Shown: one piece after another, positions 26,897 to 40,320 of the stretch | How positions within the stretch are numbered: position 1 is the stretch's first letter | How the letters are laid out: the number at the start of each line of letters is the position of its first letter | Assembly: GCA_964016885.1 (NCBI GenBank) | Contig: OZ024760.1 | Coordinates: 24,118,001 to 24,182,000, forward strand | Reading direction: 5' to 3' | Length of the DNA stretch: 64,000 nt | Origin: Eledone cirrhosa | Taxonomy: Eukaryota | Made by a program: the position numbers and the translations under genes | Notes under the pieces: model-generated | Told to the model about the DNA's origin: nothing | Seen by the model: the letters and a program-made list of their open reading frames with translations, nothing else | Databases searched by the model: none

Positions 26897-26956
26897 TTTC
26901 ATTCTGAGGATTGAAAGCAAAACCTTTTGCTTTTAAGAAACCACTGGTAAATGGAA
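26897..26956 (+). ncRNA. Type I hammerhead ribozyme motif
   Basis: tttcatt-CTGAGGA-ttgaaagcaaaa-cc-ttttgcttttaa-GAAA-ccactg-GTA-aatggaa; inverted partial copy at 26781-26831. Confidence 0.8.
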
Positions 26957-27301
26957 TAATTGCCTTATGTTGTTTATTACATAATAATAAATATATATAT
27001 ATACAGTGAAAAAAAAAATATATGTTGTGTGTGTGTGTGTGTCGATATTTATTTTGGCGATAAGGCTATTACTTACATCAAAGCCAACATTATTTGAAAA
27101 TGGAACGTAGATAGATATAGTGCCGTAAAGTTAGCAGCGGTTCAATAGATATCGATTAAAAATCAGTACGAGACTGGAATCAATATGATAGACTGAAAGC
27201 CCTTTGAAGGCGGTGCCCCAAAATGGCGTCATCTTGTAATGACAGAAACTAGTGAAAATAAATAAGTACTCAATGCGCTCGGTTTGTTTAGCTTCGAAAA
27301 G

Positions 27302-27342
<41 letters not shown>

Positions 27343-27615
27343 TACTAGTGTTAGCTATAGCTTTACAACTATAATATTTGTTTTAGATAGATTGATAGTT
27401 AGATATATAGAGATATTGATATATCTATATATATATTATATATTATATATATATATATATAGGGTGTCCCCAAAAATGTATACATACTTTGATTACTTGT
27501 ACAGGCAATATTTATTTATTAGAATGGTGTTAAAGTGTGTATACATTTTTTGGGGGACACCCAGCGACGCACGCACGCACGCGCAGAATAAATCTCTTCA
27601 TATAATAGTAATGTG

Positions 27616-27665
<50 letters not shown>

Positions 27666-28383
27666 TACACACACATAAATAACATTACAACTATAACGTC
27701 GTTGGTAATCAGTTTTAAATGTATTATAGCCAAAATATAAAGCTTTTGTTCAGAGCTGTGTGTGCGTGTGTGTATATATATATATACTTTAATCTGTTGT
27801 TTTAATCTATTTTAATAAAAATATATATATATATATATATATATGTGTGTTAGGTAATTCCGAAGGAAAAGCAAAGAAAAAAAAGAGTGCTCTATGTATT
27901 TATAAGCACACATACATACATACACGTATATATAATGTGGGTAATATTAAATATCCAATTACAAGTGTGAGAGTAGCTCAATGTAAAATAACAAGTATAT
28001 TACAGAGCTAAAATGCTTTAAAGTGTGTGGGTGGGTGGGTGTGTGGGGTCCAGAAATAGCTGTCGGAACGGTTTGAACTCTGCCGCCGGGGTCTTGAACA
28101 TTTCCCTATGTATATATATATGTGTGTGTGTACAATGATGTTAAATAAATGGATATATATTTCAAGGGTACCAAAAACTTTGGTACGCTTTCATCAGATA
28201 AAATACAGTGTTTTATAAATTTTGACATAGCCAAGGAAACCATACCGTATATATATATTGACAAAGAAAACAACTAATTCTGAGTTTAAGCATTAGAGAC
28301 CTTTCATATATATATATATATATATATATCGTTTCTGAATTTGCTTAGCAAGATTCTTTGTCTGAAAACGTGTGTTGAAACCG

Positions 28384-28705
28384 ATATTGTTATACTTTGG
28401 GAGGGTCATGTTGCCAATAAGAAACACACGCACCACGTGCTTTCACTTCAATTTATTATAATAAATTTATAAATTTCCGGTTGGTTGGTTGGTTGGTTCC
28501 ACAACCAGATGATTGCTTATATATTGTCAAAGTTCTTTCGTCACACATTCTGTGATCTCTTCAGTGACTGGGGATTCTTTTCTTTGTTTTTGTGCCTCTC
28601 CTTTGTTCTGTCCCTACGCCATCTTGTTTTTATGTGTCTTGAAGTGAAAGCAACTGGTGCGTGTGTTTCTTATTGGCAACATGACCCTCCCAAAGTATAA
28701 CAATA
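28384..28705. mobile_element. Element with ~65-bp inverted repeats (28384-28450 / 28640-28705)
   Basis: tattgttatactttgggagggtcatgttgccaataagaaacacacgcacca and its reverse complement; related pieces at 9432-9490 and 52600-52672. Confidence 0.6.
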
Positions 28706-29472
28706 TATATATATATATATAACACCACAATATATTAATAAATGGAAACTATATTTATAAAATCATATTTATTTTATTATGGTGCGCTTTCATCAGATAA
28801 CATTTTTAAGCTTGTTGAATCCCAACAAATTAAATATAACCTGCATATATATATATAATATATGAAAGGTTAGTCTCTAATACTTAAACATCTCAATGTT
28901 TTTTTTTTTCTTATTTTATATATATAATATATATATATATATATATGAAATTATTAGTTATATAACATATATACATGCACGCAGTGCTGATGTGTGTCTA
29001 TTTTAATTACTAGCCATTAGTTCAAGTGCACTGACGTCGTTATATTTATCTTAAGACGATGGCCGATCAATGTCCCCTCGCCATGTCAGTTTATATCGAT
29101 TAATATCTATATACCAGTGTGTGTGTGTATATACATAATGTGTGTAGTTAGCCAATTGAGCGACTATTAGTTAATGTCGCTAAGTAATTATTATTAATGG
29201 ATAAATTAACGCCTGTGTGTATATATATATGTGTGTGTGTGTGTGTGTTTCTCCCGTTTGTTCATGTATGTACAAACGTGTACGTGTTATGGCTAAGTGG
29301 TGAGTCTTGTTACTCTGGAGAACCACCCGCGCACTTGTCCGTCAATCATCGCGCGCGCGCGTGTGTGTGTGTATATAAATAAAGTATTTCCGAGGAAAAA
29401 GCAAAGGAAAAAAAAGAGTGCACGATGTATAAAAGAGGTATTTACTTAGAAAGTGAACACAATATATAACTA

Positions 29473-29541
29473 CTCCATTACCAAAGGTTTCTGGACCCTA
29501 GGCAAACGTTTACATACGTCTAGTTCGCTCATCAGATAGAA
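29473..29541 (-). ncRNA. Type I hammerhead ribozyme motif
   Basis: Minus ttctat-CTGATGA-gcgaactagacg...cctagggtcca-GAAA-cctttg-GTA-atggag. Confidence 0.65.
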
Positions 29542-31340
29542 GTTATATAATATATATATATATATATGTATATGGTGGTATGGCCCACCATATATTTATA
29601 TATATATATAAATATATATATATGGTGGTATGGTCCACCACTTTACATTGTAGAATAAAGATACGTTTTAAGTATAATTTGGTTCTTCTCTCTATTAATA
29701 CACGCACACATAATGGCAGCGGGATTTAGATATTTCTTTCACACGATTTGTGTATCTATATTAAAAAGAAATCCTTTAATTTTTGCGATAGTTTAACCCT
29801 AGGTCAAGTCTCTGGTCTGAGCTAATAATCAGAAGTTTTTATAATCATTACCAACCGTATCATCCCCTTTTTTTCACGATCAAGGTCTGTCTCGCACTAT
29901 TTTATCAAATGTAACCCCCCCCCCATCACTCCATCGTTTCCATCCAATGAGGGTGTAATTTGGTGAATATTTAACTGTTATTTCTAGCATGTCAGTCAAC
30001 CACTAAAAGACATGTTTGCTCATCGTTACATCAATTACGAAAGCTGTGGCCCCCCTCCCCCCTTTTTTTTTTTCGTATTTTAAAATTTGTATCAATCCCT
30101 TCCCCGTTCCCCTAAATATAATTGCCTTAAAGTTTTACTTGTATCGACAAATAAATACACAAGTGTTCAAATTGGTTAAATTATTAACGAGTTTAAATCA
30201 GATTCTCTACGTTAAAATTTCCTCCAACTTTATCTGAGGTCAGCTGTGTGTACGTGTTAAAATAATGCATGCTTATATAACAATTGTAATTCTTTACATT
30301 CCAGCCAGCCGTTTTCATTTGGTTTAATATTAGTTTTTTTTTAATTCTTTAACACGTCCTACTAATTATTTTAGTACATATAGTTTTTTTTTGTTTTTTT
30401 TTTTAAATCTATCGTAAATTATTGTAATTAATAAAATGGGGCGTTTTCAATTTTGATTACTCAAGTTGCTTGGTCGCCATTTCTTTTTTTTTTTTTTTTT
30501 TTGTTAACGTATGAATATAGAATATATATCTTTCCAAAAAATGTTTATAATTATAGATATTGTAATTTTATTTTATTTTTCGATCAAGTAACCTTATATG
30601 CAGTGGGTATATATAATTATTTTAGTTTATTTTTCAAACAAAAAAATACGATCTAAGTACACACACACACAACATAGTGTAATGAGATAACTTCCGCTTT
30701 CTGCCTGCTATGGAGTCAGCTGCAGTTACGTCCCTTGTTCACATTAACCTACAAACTATAAATGGCATGTTTCTTCTCTTCCTCGTTTAGCTTAAAATAA
30801 TTTCCTCTCCTAGACTGCTGCTTTAAAATTGTACCTTTTTGCTCTTAAATACTGTCTTTGTTTGTCTCCATCTCTCTCTGTTCCCCCTCTCTCTAATTCC
30901 CCAAATGTTAATAAAAGGAAGGTTTTGTCTAGTCATTTAAGCTTCTATTTTCGTCTTAACTAGGCCGTGACGTGGTTTTTGTAGTTAAACATGCGAAGAT
31001 CCAGTAACATAATTTAAAAAATAAATCATCCCAGGGTTGGCTTCAGGACGAGCATTCAACTTGTCTTTAAATGGTTTTGAACCACCAAACTAAGCCACCA
31101 CCCGTAAAACATTCTTACATCTTCCTCCATGCTGACATTAGTTGTTCTGGTCTGAGGCTAGACAAGTCACAGAGATACTCCATCTTTGTTATATAAACCA
31201 TATTTGACATGGTTTCTACACCAGGATGTCCTTCCTAACATTAAACATCCTACATGCTGTAGTGGATGCTTTGACCAAATTTATTTTAAAAATTCTCTTG
31301 TGATTGTAGAAAGCTTTTTGTTTTCTCTTCTAGTGTTAGT

Positions 31341-31605
31341 GGAGGCGTGTGGCTTGGTGGTAAGGGTGTAGGATTTACAACCATAACGCCGTAGGTTCAA
31401 TTTCTGGACTGGGTTGTGTGTTGTTCTTGAGCAAAACACTTCATTTCATGTTGCTCCAGTATACTCAACTGAAAATGAGTACCAGCAATAGCAGGGGGTT
31501 TAACCCTGTGATGGGGGGGGGGGGGGTCTCTTGTACTCTTTCGCATAACGTCATGGAATCCTGGATAAGCACCGGCCTCATCAGCCTCCAGGCTCGAGAC
31601 ACTTT
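31341..31605 (+). mobile_element. tRNA-derived SINE (family S2, CORE-like)
   Basis: TGGCTTGGTGG A box, GGTTCAATTTC B box, ttcttgagcaaaacactt; copies at 35120, 44710, 45800. Confidence 0.7.
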
Positions 31606-32329
31606 AAATTTTAGTGTTGCAGTAGGTTTGTATATGTATGAAGGATCTGTAACTCTTGAGGGAGTCAATTTAACATAGAGTATTTCTAAGGCATTTTATT
31701 TTTTAAAACCTGGCAGGGCCCATCTCTTCTCCAGGTCTGAATACAGCACATTTCTTCCAGATATGGAGAGTGAAAATATAGAGGAAAAATCGACTCCAAT
31801 CCTAGAGGGGGGGGGGGGGGGTACTTTTTTTAATTGACCATGAATGGATGAAAGGCAAAGTTGCCCTCGGCAAGATTAGAACTGAAAGTTCAAAGAGCTG
31901 GAACAAATAATGCAAAGCATTCTGTCTGATGTTTTAATAACTCTGCCAACTTGCAGCCTCATCATCACCATTTTACGTCCGTTCTTCCACGCTAGCATGG
32001 GTTAGACGGGCAGCCTAGCTTTGTAGATTGGTTTTGTTATAAAGCAAAGCAACTCTTTGTTGTAAAATTTATTAAATACATTGTCTACATTCTTGAGTTG
32101 TTGACAGGCAAACAATGTGGTTTTGTTATTCCAGAGTTTATAAAATAATTGAATGGCGATAAAACTAAAGGTGGAGGACGCGTGATGTCTATTTTTTTTT
32201 TTTTTTTTTAGACATTGAAATACCATAGACGGTATTGAAAGTAATCAAACAAATGTTTTAAATGAATTAAACAATCCGAAAAACGCATGACTTGTACACA
32301 ATGACATTGTCATTATAATCAATCAATCA

Positions 32330-32650
32330 TCATCATCATCATTTAACATCCATCTTCCATGCCAGCATGGGTTAGACGGGAATTATCCCATTTGAGGCAA
32401 GATTGATCGGGACACAGTCTCTCGTTCGTATAGGACTTTCTGGCAGGTTTTCTACGGTTGGTGGCCCTTTCTAACATCAACCACATTTACAGTGGACTGG
32501 GAGCCTTTTTACCTCGTCTCCTACGTGACCACTTTACAGTGTGGACTGGGAGCCTTTTTACAGTGAACTGGGTGCTTTTTGTCATGTCACCTACATGACC
32601 ATTTTACATTGTGAACTGGGTGCTTTTTGTCATGACACCTACACAACCAC
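32330..32650 (-). mobile_element. SINE family S3 (aggaagggcatccagc Meta-like domain, RTE-like tail ending in (ATG)n)
   Basis: Copies at 34170, 36850, 37590, 44160, 45970, 56830. Confidence 0.65.
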
Positions 32651-32748
32651 TACATGTTTATACCACTGCCTTATACATGTTTATATCTCTGCCTTATACA
32701 TGTTTATATGTAAATATCTAATTGTTTCTTATGTTCTTTGTTTTCCAG

Positions 32749-33058
32749 GTGGGAGACGGAGAGATATTGTATATCTCTCGGTATTGGGCCTCGGTGGTGT
32801 TCCTGACGTCCCCCACGCCGATGTGTCTGAACTGACAGAGGGCAACGGTGTGGGGATCAGGAAAGAGCCCCCTGTCAATGCCAAAAGCCCATATTTTGGG
32901 CATCTTGGGGCTTTGGCGCAGGCGCAGGTTGCCTCGAACTTGTGCTTTAAAGTTGAAGTCGTGGAAGGCTTGGAGGTTACCTGGGAAACGATGCTTGTTG
33001 ATGGCAAGTTGTTTGTGGAGATACCAACAGGTATTTTACCAGAAGGTTCCAAGGAAGG
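32749..33058 (+). CDS. OAZ: Ornithine decarboxylase antizyme exon 2 with the +1 programmed frameshift
   Basis: tttccag| acceptor; frame 0 WETERYCISLGIGPRWCS*(TCC TGA 32801-32806); +1 frame DVPHADV...WETMLVDGKLFVEIPTGILPEGSKEG; GG|gtaagt donor. Confidence 0.97.
32795..32877 (+). promoter_or_regulatory. Antizyme frameshift site and 3' stimulatory pseudoknot
   Basis: Stem 1 CCCCACGCCG (32811-32820) / CGGTGTGGGG (32846-32855); stem 2 TGACAGAGGGC (32833-32843) / GCCCCCTGTCA (32867-32877); AA hinge. Confidence 0.92.
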
Positions 33059-33304
33059 GTAAGTCTAGTTCTATTTATCTATCTATATCGGAAGCTCTCA
33101 AAAGGGTGCTGTGGGGTGCTGGGTCCTAAGGGGGAGGTAGAGATGATATAACAGTATATTAAATATCAAATTATACATATTTTATATATATATATATAGT
33201 AAAATAAAAAAATATGTATTTATTTCTACATAGTATAAATTATATTATTTATTATATATAAATTAAGCATAGACGAGTTGAGAGAGAAAGTGTGTATAAG
33301 AGGG

Positions 33305-33588
33305 ATAAACTGTAGTGTGCGGGAGAGAAGGCTGAGATGGTAGGGGCATGTGATGCACATGGAGGATGACCGCTGGGTAAAGAAGTGCTAAGAAATCCCA
33401 GTGGAAGGAAGACGCAGGAGAGGATGACGAAGAAAATCATGGGCATAGGTGGTGAGAGCGGAACCTCAGATCGCTGGAGCTCACGGAGGAGATGACGAAG
33501 GATCGTGACAAGTAGAGAGATGCTGTGCTGAAAAGGACCCCCTCCTGCCCTTGCAAGCAAGGAAAAGTGGACGTAAAATGATGATGAT
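33305..33588 (+). mobile_element. RTE LINE 3' end
   Basis: RRLRW.GHVMHM...VEGRRRRG-like translation and an (ATG)n tail; second copy at 39500-39755. Confidence 0.75.
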
Positions 33589-33598
33589 TTATATATTA

Positions 33599-34077
33599 CT
33601 AGCAGAAAAACCACCCTTCGGGTGGTTTTCTGCTAGCGTGTGTATTGTGTATATTGATATTATACACAAGTATATATACATAAGATACATCAAATAAAAT
33701 CGTAATTGACAATATACAATACATAGAAATTGAGCGAAGACTATGTTACTGTCTGATGTAATCAGTAACGTAATCCATGATACATTAAAAAAGACGATAT
33801 ATATATATAAACTGTATTAGGAGAAAATTAGTGACAGAAAATTAGTATGTTTAATTAAGCGATCGCCAACCGGAGGTGTTGACATTTTAGAAATTTTAAA
33901 GAAGTGAATCTTTAAATAAACAAAATATATCTAATCAACAGCCACAAAATTTAGTAGATAAATTATGTAATATTCATTCATTATTTATTCAAAGTAATCC
34001 AACTTATTTTACTAATGGGATAAAAAAAATTATAAACTGTTCGCAGTCCCGCACTCCTCCCTTTATTATAGTTTAGA
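33599..34077 (-). mobile_element. Non-autonomous Helitron-like element
   Basis: Minus A|TCTAAACTATAATAAA start; end hairpin aaaaccacccttcgggtggtttt then CTAG|T; related copy at 45597-45795. Confidence 0.65.
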
Positions 34078-35834
34078 TTTACAATTTGCATGTAAGTATA
34101 GGGTTAAGGGGCACTGAGGGGTGGCCCCAAAAGTTTGAGAACCTCTGATCTATATTATCTTCAACATTTAATGTGTATTTTTCCACACTAGCATGGGTTA
34201 GAGTTGTGACGTTGTGCGACAGATCAGGTTACCATGTCTTGCTTATACAGACCTGTTTCTGGTTTCGTTTCTATGGCTGGATACCCTTCCTAACTCCAAC
34301 CACTTTACAGAGTGTACTGGATGCTTTTTGTCGTGTCAACAGCACAGCCGCCTTATGGTGTAGACTGGGTTTTTTGCCAGCAGCACAACTACCTCAGTGA
34401 GGACTGGGTGCTTTTTGTCACTGTTATGTTCTTATGAATAAACGAATACACTGCAACAGTGTAATAACAATATAGTCGAAACAAATGGCAATAACCACAC
34501 GTAACGGAACAGCAATCAATCTTTTAAGAACCGACAATCCAACATGCTAACATGAACTTTATCTATCACTCACTAACTGTGGAACTAGTACCAACTTTGA
34601 CTATCAATACACGAACTGTGGAACTAGCACCAACTTTGACTATCAACACACAAACTGTGGAACTAGGACCAACTTTGACTACCAACACACGAACTGTGGA
34701 ACTAGTACCATAGTACCAACCTCCCCACTTAAGCCGCTACTATTTATATGTAGTGGTCCAACCCATTGTTGCCTGGGGCACGTCGTACTCTCACACAAGT
34801 CACCAACACAACCACCTTATGGTGTGGACTGGGTTTTTTGTTGTCAGCAGCATGACCACCTTGCAGTGTGGACTGGGTGCTTTTTCTTATCTTACGAGTT
34901 TCCTCTAAGTTGTTATTTTCAAAGCTATAACACATAGCATACTTTATCAGAAATATGATCTCGAAGAGGGTTAAATATCACGCTACCTTTCTTAAGGAAA
35001 GACCTCATTAGATCGCGTAGTGTTGTGCATACTCTTAAAAATACAGGATCGTCACAGCTGGAATGACTTTTGATCATAGGATTACCTCATCGGCATTGAC
35101 CTCGTAGTAATAGTATTGGGTTTATGATCATAATATTGTGAGTTCGATTCCTGGACTGGGATGTGTGTTGTGGTCTTGAGGCAAAACACTTCATTTTGTG
35201 TTGCTCCAGTTTACTCAGCTGAAAATGTGTACCAGCAATAGCTGGGGGTTTAACCCTTTAGCATTCACATTACTCTACATACTATTATATTTTCAATCTA
35301 AAGGCTTTACCTCGCATAATATCGAATCTGAGATTTTGAAAGTATTTATTTTGAGAACAATATCTTATCAGTTTGAGTGACCGGTTGCAGCCAGTTTCAA
35401 CAGAAAGAGGTAGAGAATTCTGGCCAGTTTTGGCCGGTGAACATTACAGAGTTAAGCCTGTGATGGACAGACATCATGTTCTGTTGCTTCATGGCTCTGA
35501 AACTGGTATGAGCACCTGCTTGATGTGCCTCTAGGTTCAAAAGACTTTAAACTCTATGATGGACTAGCATCCTGTCCAGGGGAATAGTTTTGTACTCTCA
35601 ATTGCTTAATCTTACAGAAACTGGGATATGCACCTGCCTGGTGAGCATCCAAGCTCGAGACACTTTAAACTTTTTTGTTTTAGAGCTGAATATATAAAAA
35701 TTTGGGATGATCACAGCTCGAATGCCTTTGATCATAACTCTGCCTAATCTGTTTTGTTGTTTCTCGTGTAGGAGGTCAGCTGGAGTGGTACACTGAACAA
35801 TGTAATGTTTAGTGATGTTTGGATGGATGGTCAC

Positions 35835-36018
35835 AGCTTTAAATCACACCCTTCCTTTGAAGCTTTAAATCACACCCTTCCTTTGAAGCTTTAAATCACA
35901 CCCTTCCTTTGAAGCTTTAAATCACACCCTTCCTTTGAAGCTTTAAATCACACCCTTCCTTTGAAGCTTTAAATCACACCATTCCTTTGAAGCTTTAAAT
36001 CACACCCTTCCTTTGAAG
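35835..36018. repeat. 26-bp tandem repeat x7
   Basis: agctttaaatcacacccttcctttga. Confidence 0.95.
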
Positions 36019-37965
36019 ATATAATTTTTTTAACTGTTTTATTTGGGGAGGGAAAGGTAGTTCCTATTACTGTTTTCAACATTGGTAGGATGAAGCAAGG
36101 TTACCACTGAACTGGAGGCCTGGCCTGAATGCTTGCAATAAATTGTGGTCTGCTGAGGGCACCCGAGGACCAGGTGGGTGTGTTAAATCAGGCAGTAGAT
36201 TAAGTCTTAGCTGTTTGACAAAAATCTATAAAAATGTATAAAATAAATAAAAGCCTTATTAAATCAATTACCAAGTTCCATATGGCTGACTAAGTCCCTT
36301 CTAGTCAGTGCCCCAGTATGGCCACTGATTAATGACTGAATCCTTCTTCGACCACTTATTCCTGACAGGGTTGTGAGGGCAGTCCTCAAACTCTCCTTCC
36401 AGCGAGTCTTGTAAGAAGTAACTGTCTCTAGCTGATTCGGCTGGATCCCTAAGTGAGACCAATGAGCTCATGGATTTTATCCAATTATCTTGCTCAGGGT
36501 CTACTCCTGGGTCTCCTGCAAGTTAGTTTTGACCATAAAATCTGTCCAGTGATTTTTTCTTGAGTCACTCTAACCACATGTCTGTAATATCAGAGCTGTG
36601 ATCTCTCAATTCGGAGAAGTAATGGCTCTTATCTGAGCTACACACTAACGAACAAAGTTAATCCGAGGAACCCCATTTGTGTGTGTGTGTGTGTGTGGTC
36701 TAGAATGACCCTTGGTATCATAATAACCACACAAACAACCCATGCCAGCATTGAATGCTGGCTAGCTAGAAATTGTATTATATCCAGGACTTTGGTGTAG
36801 AGTAGCGACGACTCTTCATTTGAATCTGGCAATAGCCTCTCTAATGCCAGTGCCATGATAAATGCACCCGGTATACTCTGTCAGGTGGATTGCAATAGGA
36901 ACGGCACCCTCCTAAAGAAACTGTGCCCAAAAGTTTGAAATGACACTTCAGTTGTTGAGGGAATGTCGGCCTCTCTTAGGAAAGTAGTTGGTGATAGGAA
37001 GGGCATCGAGTTGTAGACAACTTGCTCTACAATAGAGGTTGGCAGGACTCATCAGCTGTGCCATAGACATGACAACTTCCCTAGTGCTGGTGCCACATTA
37101 AAATGTACTCTGTAGAACAGGGTTGTATGCCAAACTCTGGCCCACTGATAGGTAAGAAGCTCTGCTTAACCATTTACCATTTACATTACTCTATATATAC
37201 TATTGTATTTTCATGGTAAACACTTTACCTCACATATCTCACCTAATATTGAATCTTTAAGATTTTCATGTTATTTATTTTGAGAACAATACCTTAACAG
37301 CAGTATAAGCAGCCGGTTATGGCTGGTTCGATCAGAAAGAGGTGAGAGAATTCTGGCTGGATATAGCTGGTTTAAATGCTAAAGGGTTAAGTATTGACCA
37401 GTCTGTCATGACACTTTCAGAGAAAGTTGACATTACTTTACTTTTCATTTTTATTTTAAAAATGAAAATGGGGTCTACTTTGAGGGCTGGTACCCTTCTT
37501 CTGACTAACCCATATCCGCTCTCTCTTTCTCTCTTTCTCTCTCTCTCTCTGTGTAATCAAGTGCAGAGAAAATCCTCAAGCTCCATGGACAGCTGGATGC
37601 CCTTCCTGACGGCAACCTCATTTACAGTGAATACTGGGTGCTTTTTTGTCGTGACACCAGCGCAACCACTTTAGTGTGGACTGGGTGCTTTTGACGTGAC
37701 ACCTACAGAACCACTTCAGTGTGGGCTGGGTACTTTTAATGTCTTGTACAAAATAGAACTGCATTAGTGAGACCTTGAACAGTGCGAAACTGCACTATGA
37801 CAGCATCACATTAAATATTACACTTTACTCTAATATTACTGATTTTCACAATCTGTCCACTAGTAAAGGTACTAAAAAATATTGAATTAGCAAACCATAT
37901 GAAAACCTCACATTGGCAAGACCTCGGAAATTACAAAGCAACACTATAACTGTATCACATTCAAT

Positions 37966-38222
37966 TTTCACTGAATTCTTCAAAATTTCACTGAATTCTT
38001 CAAAATTTCATTGAATTCTTCAAAATTTCATTGAATTCTTCAAAATTTCATTGAATTCTTCAAATGTTCACTGAATTCTTCAAATGTTCACTGAATTCTT
38101 CAAATGTTCACTGAATTCTTTAAATGTTCACTGAATTCTTTAAATGTTCACTGAATTCTTTAAATGTTCACTGAATTCTTTAAATGTTCACTGAATTGTT
38201 TAAATGTTCACAGAATTCTTCA
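37966..38222. repeat. 20-bp tandem repeat x13
   Basis: ttcactgaattcttcaaaat and variants. Confidence 0.95.
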
Positions 38223-38259
38223 GCTTTGTCAGACATGACAACCTCTCTATTGTGAGTCT

Positions 38260-38660
38260 TCTTCTTCGCCATCATATTCTTGAGAGATTCATAGGTGTAG
38301 AGTCCTCAAACATTCCTTCCAGCAGCTTCTATCAGAAGCAACCGTCTCCTACTGATCCAGCTGGATCCCCAAGTGAGACCAACCAAGCTAATGGATGTTA
38401 TCTAACCATCTTGCTTGGAGTCTAACTACACCTGGGTCTACTGCTGGTTGGTTTTGCCTGTAAAATCTGTCTTTTGCCTGTAAATTCTTTCCTGAAACAT
38501 TCTAACCACATGCCCATAGTATTGGAGCTGTGATCTCTCAGTTCGGAGAAGTAGCAGTTCTACCTAGAGTGACTCTCATCTCCGAGCTATGCACTCTATC
38601 TAATAACATTACTCCAAAGAATCTTCAGAAGTAGTGGCTCTACCTGGAGTGACACTCACA
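38260..38660 (-). mobile_element. Second RTE-like 3' family
   Basis: Homologous to 36340-36690(-) and 47245-47570(+), the last reading YG.MVRMS.ERIAGQILWAKPTSRRPRG. Confidence 0.65.
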
Positions 38661-39278
38661 TATAAAAAATATTCCTCTTTATTTTAGTATAATCCAAACT
38701 TTTCACAGAACTCTTCAGCTGTATCAGACATGACAACCTCCCTAGTGAGTGCCACAATAAAATGGCACTGGGTTGAGCATGGACAATTGGCAGTCATTAG
38801 AAAGTCTGGTAGAATACTTTGGTTGTCATTGACTCTTTGTTTTCTGAGTTCAATTCCTGCCGAGGTCAACTTTGCCTTTCGTCCTTTGAAGGTTGATGAG
38901 AAGAAAAAAAGTACCAGTCTAGTACTGGGGTCGATTCTTCCTCTGTATCTCTTTCTCACTTCCTCTCTCTTACTTTCTATCCTTCTCTGGAAGAAATCTA
39001 TGTTCAGACCTGGAGAGGGATGGACCCTGCCAGGCTTAAAATGGCTCGAGAAACACTGAATGCTACTATGACACCCCTATGGCTTCATCAGGAGTTACGG
39101 AACGATGTTACCCCCACAGGATCATATGTCAAGATCTCTCACCCTATCTGGAGGTCAGAAGCTCTACTTGAGTACTGACCTGGTCTGTAACAACATATCC
39201 AACCCTTGCTAGCAGGGCAAATGTATGTTAAATAATTATGAGGAAGGCGGACTGGAAGAGCTGATGGAAAAACTAGGT

Positions 39279-39498
39279 TTAACCCTCTAATATTTAAACC
39301 AGCCATATCTGGCCACAATTCTCTCACCTCTTTTTGTTCAAACCGGCTGTAACTAGCCACTCATACTTATGGTAAGGTGTTGTTCTCAAAATAAATATCA
39401 AAATCTCGTAGATTCGATATTGTGAGATAATTATGTTAGATAAAACCTTTACCAAGAAAATACAATAATATAGAGAAATGTAAATACTAAAGGGTTTA
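39279..39498. mobile_element. piggyBac-like MITE
   Basis: TTAA-CCCT...AGGG-TTAA-like ends; copies at ~35250, 37170, 43630-44050. Confidence 0.65.
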
Positions 39499-39860
39499 AG
39501 GGGAATCCGAGATGGTGTGCAGGAGAGAAGACCGTTTTGGTATGGACATGTGATGCGCATGGACAATGACTGATGGGTGAAGAAGTAGCAGGAAGTTCCA
39601 GTGGAAGGAAGCCACAATAGAGTATGATCAAGAAAAACCTGGACAGAGGTGAGAGCGGACCTCAAATCGGTAAGACTGGAAGTGGAGAAATGCCGTTCTG
39701 AGAAGTGCCTGTCCAGTCCATGCAAGCATGGAAAAGCGGCCGTAAAAACGATGATAGATATGTGAATTACCAAACCCGTTTTTAGATATTTTCTGTTGAA
39801 TCACGGCAGGATTTTAAAAGAGGTTTAATATGTTCCATCTTTCTCTTCTAAATATTTCAG

Positions 39861-39946
39861 GTTGGTGACATTGTTGGAATTTGCCGAAGAGAAACTCCAC
39901 TGCAAAAATGTCATTATTTACTTCAGAAGGGATCGCAACAACAGAA
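39861..39946 (+). CDS. OAZ: Ornithine decarboxylase antizyme exon 3
   Basis: tttcag|...|gtaagt; LVTLLEFAEEKLHCKNVIIYFRRDRNNR; phases 2/1 match neighbouring exons. Confidence 0.96.
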
Positions 39947-40320
39947 GTAAGTGAAAGACCTGCGGTTTTTTTGTGGGGTTTTTTTTTTTTTTTTTTTGCG
40001 TGTGTGTGTGTGGGGGGGGGGGGGGGTACTGAGGGTGGGAGGGTATGAGGACGCTTCATTGCCAATCTTGTTTGGAAGATGAACTGTCTCCAGTTGTAAT
40101 CAGCTGTCTGTTGGTGAGGGGGACTCTAATACTCTGATCACAATAAGACAAATTTTGTAGCCATTCACAATTGGGACTGATTACGACTATTTATTTCTAC
40201 TAATACATTGTATGAATATTTTACAGTGTATACCAGCACTTTTTGTTGTGGCAGTGTGGACTGGGTGCTTGTTGTTGTGGCATCAGAACGATCACTTTAC
40301 AATGTGGACTGGGTGCTTTT

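Noticed and set aside
32541-32748. N-terminal part of the 173-aa ORF as antizyme start
   Set aside because: SINE and polypyrimidine intron sequence upstream of a clear acceptor
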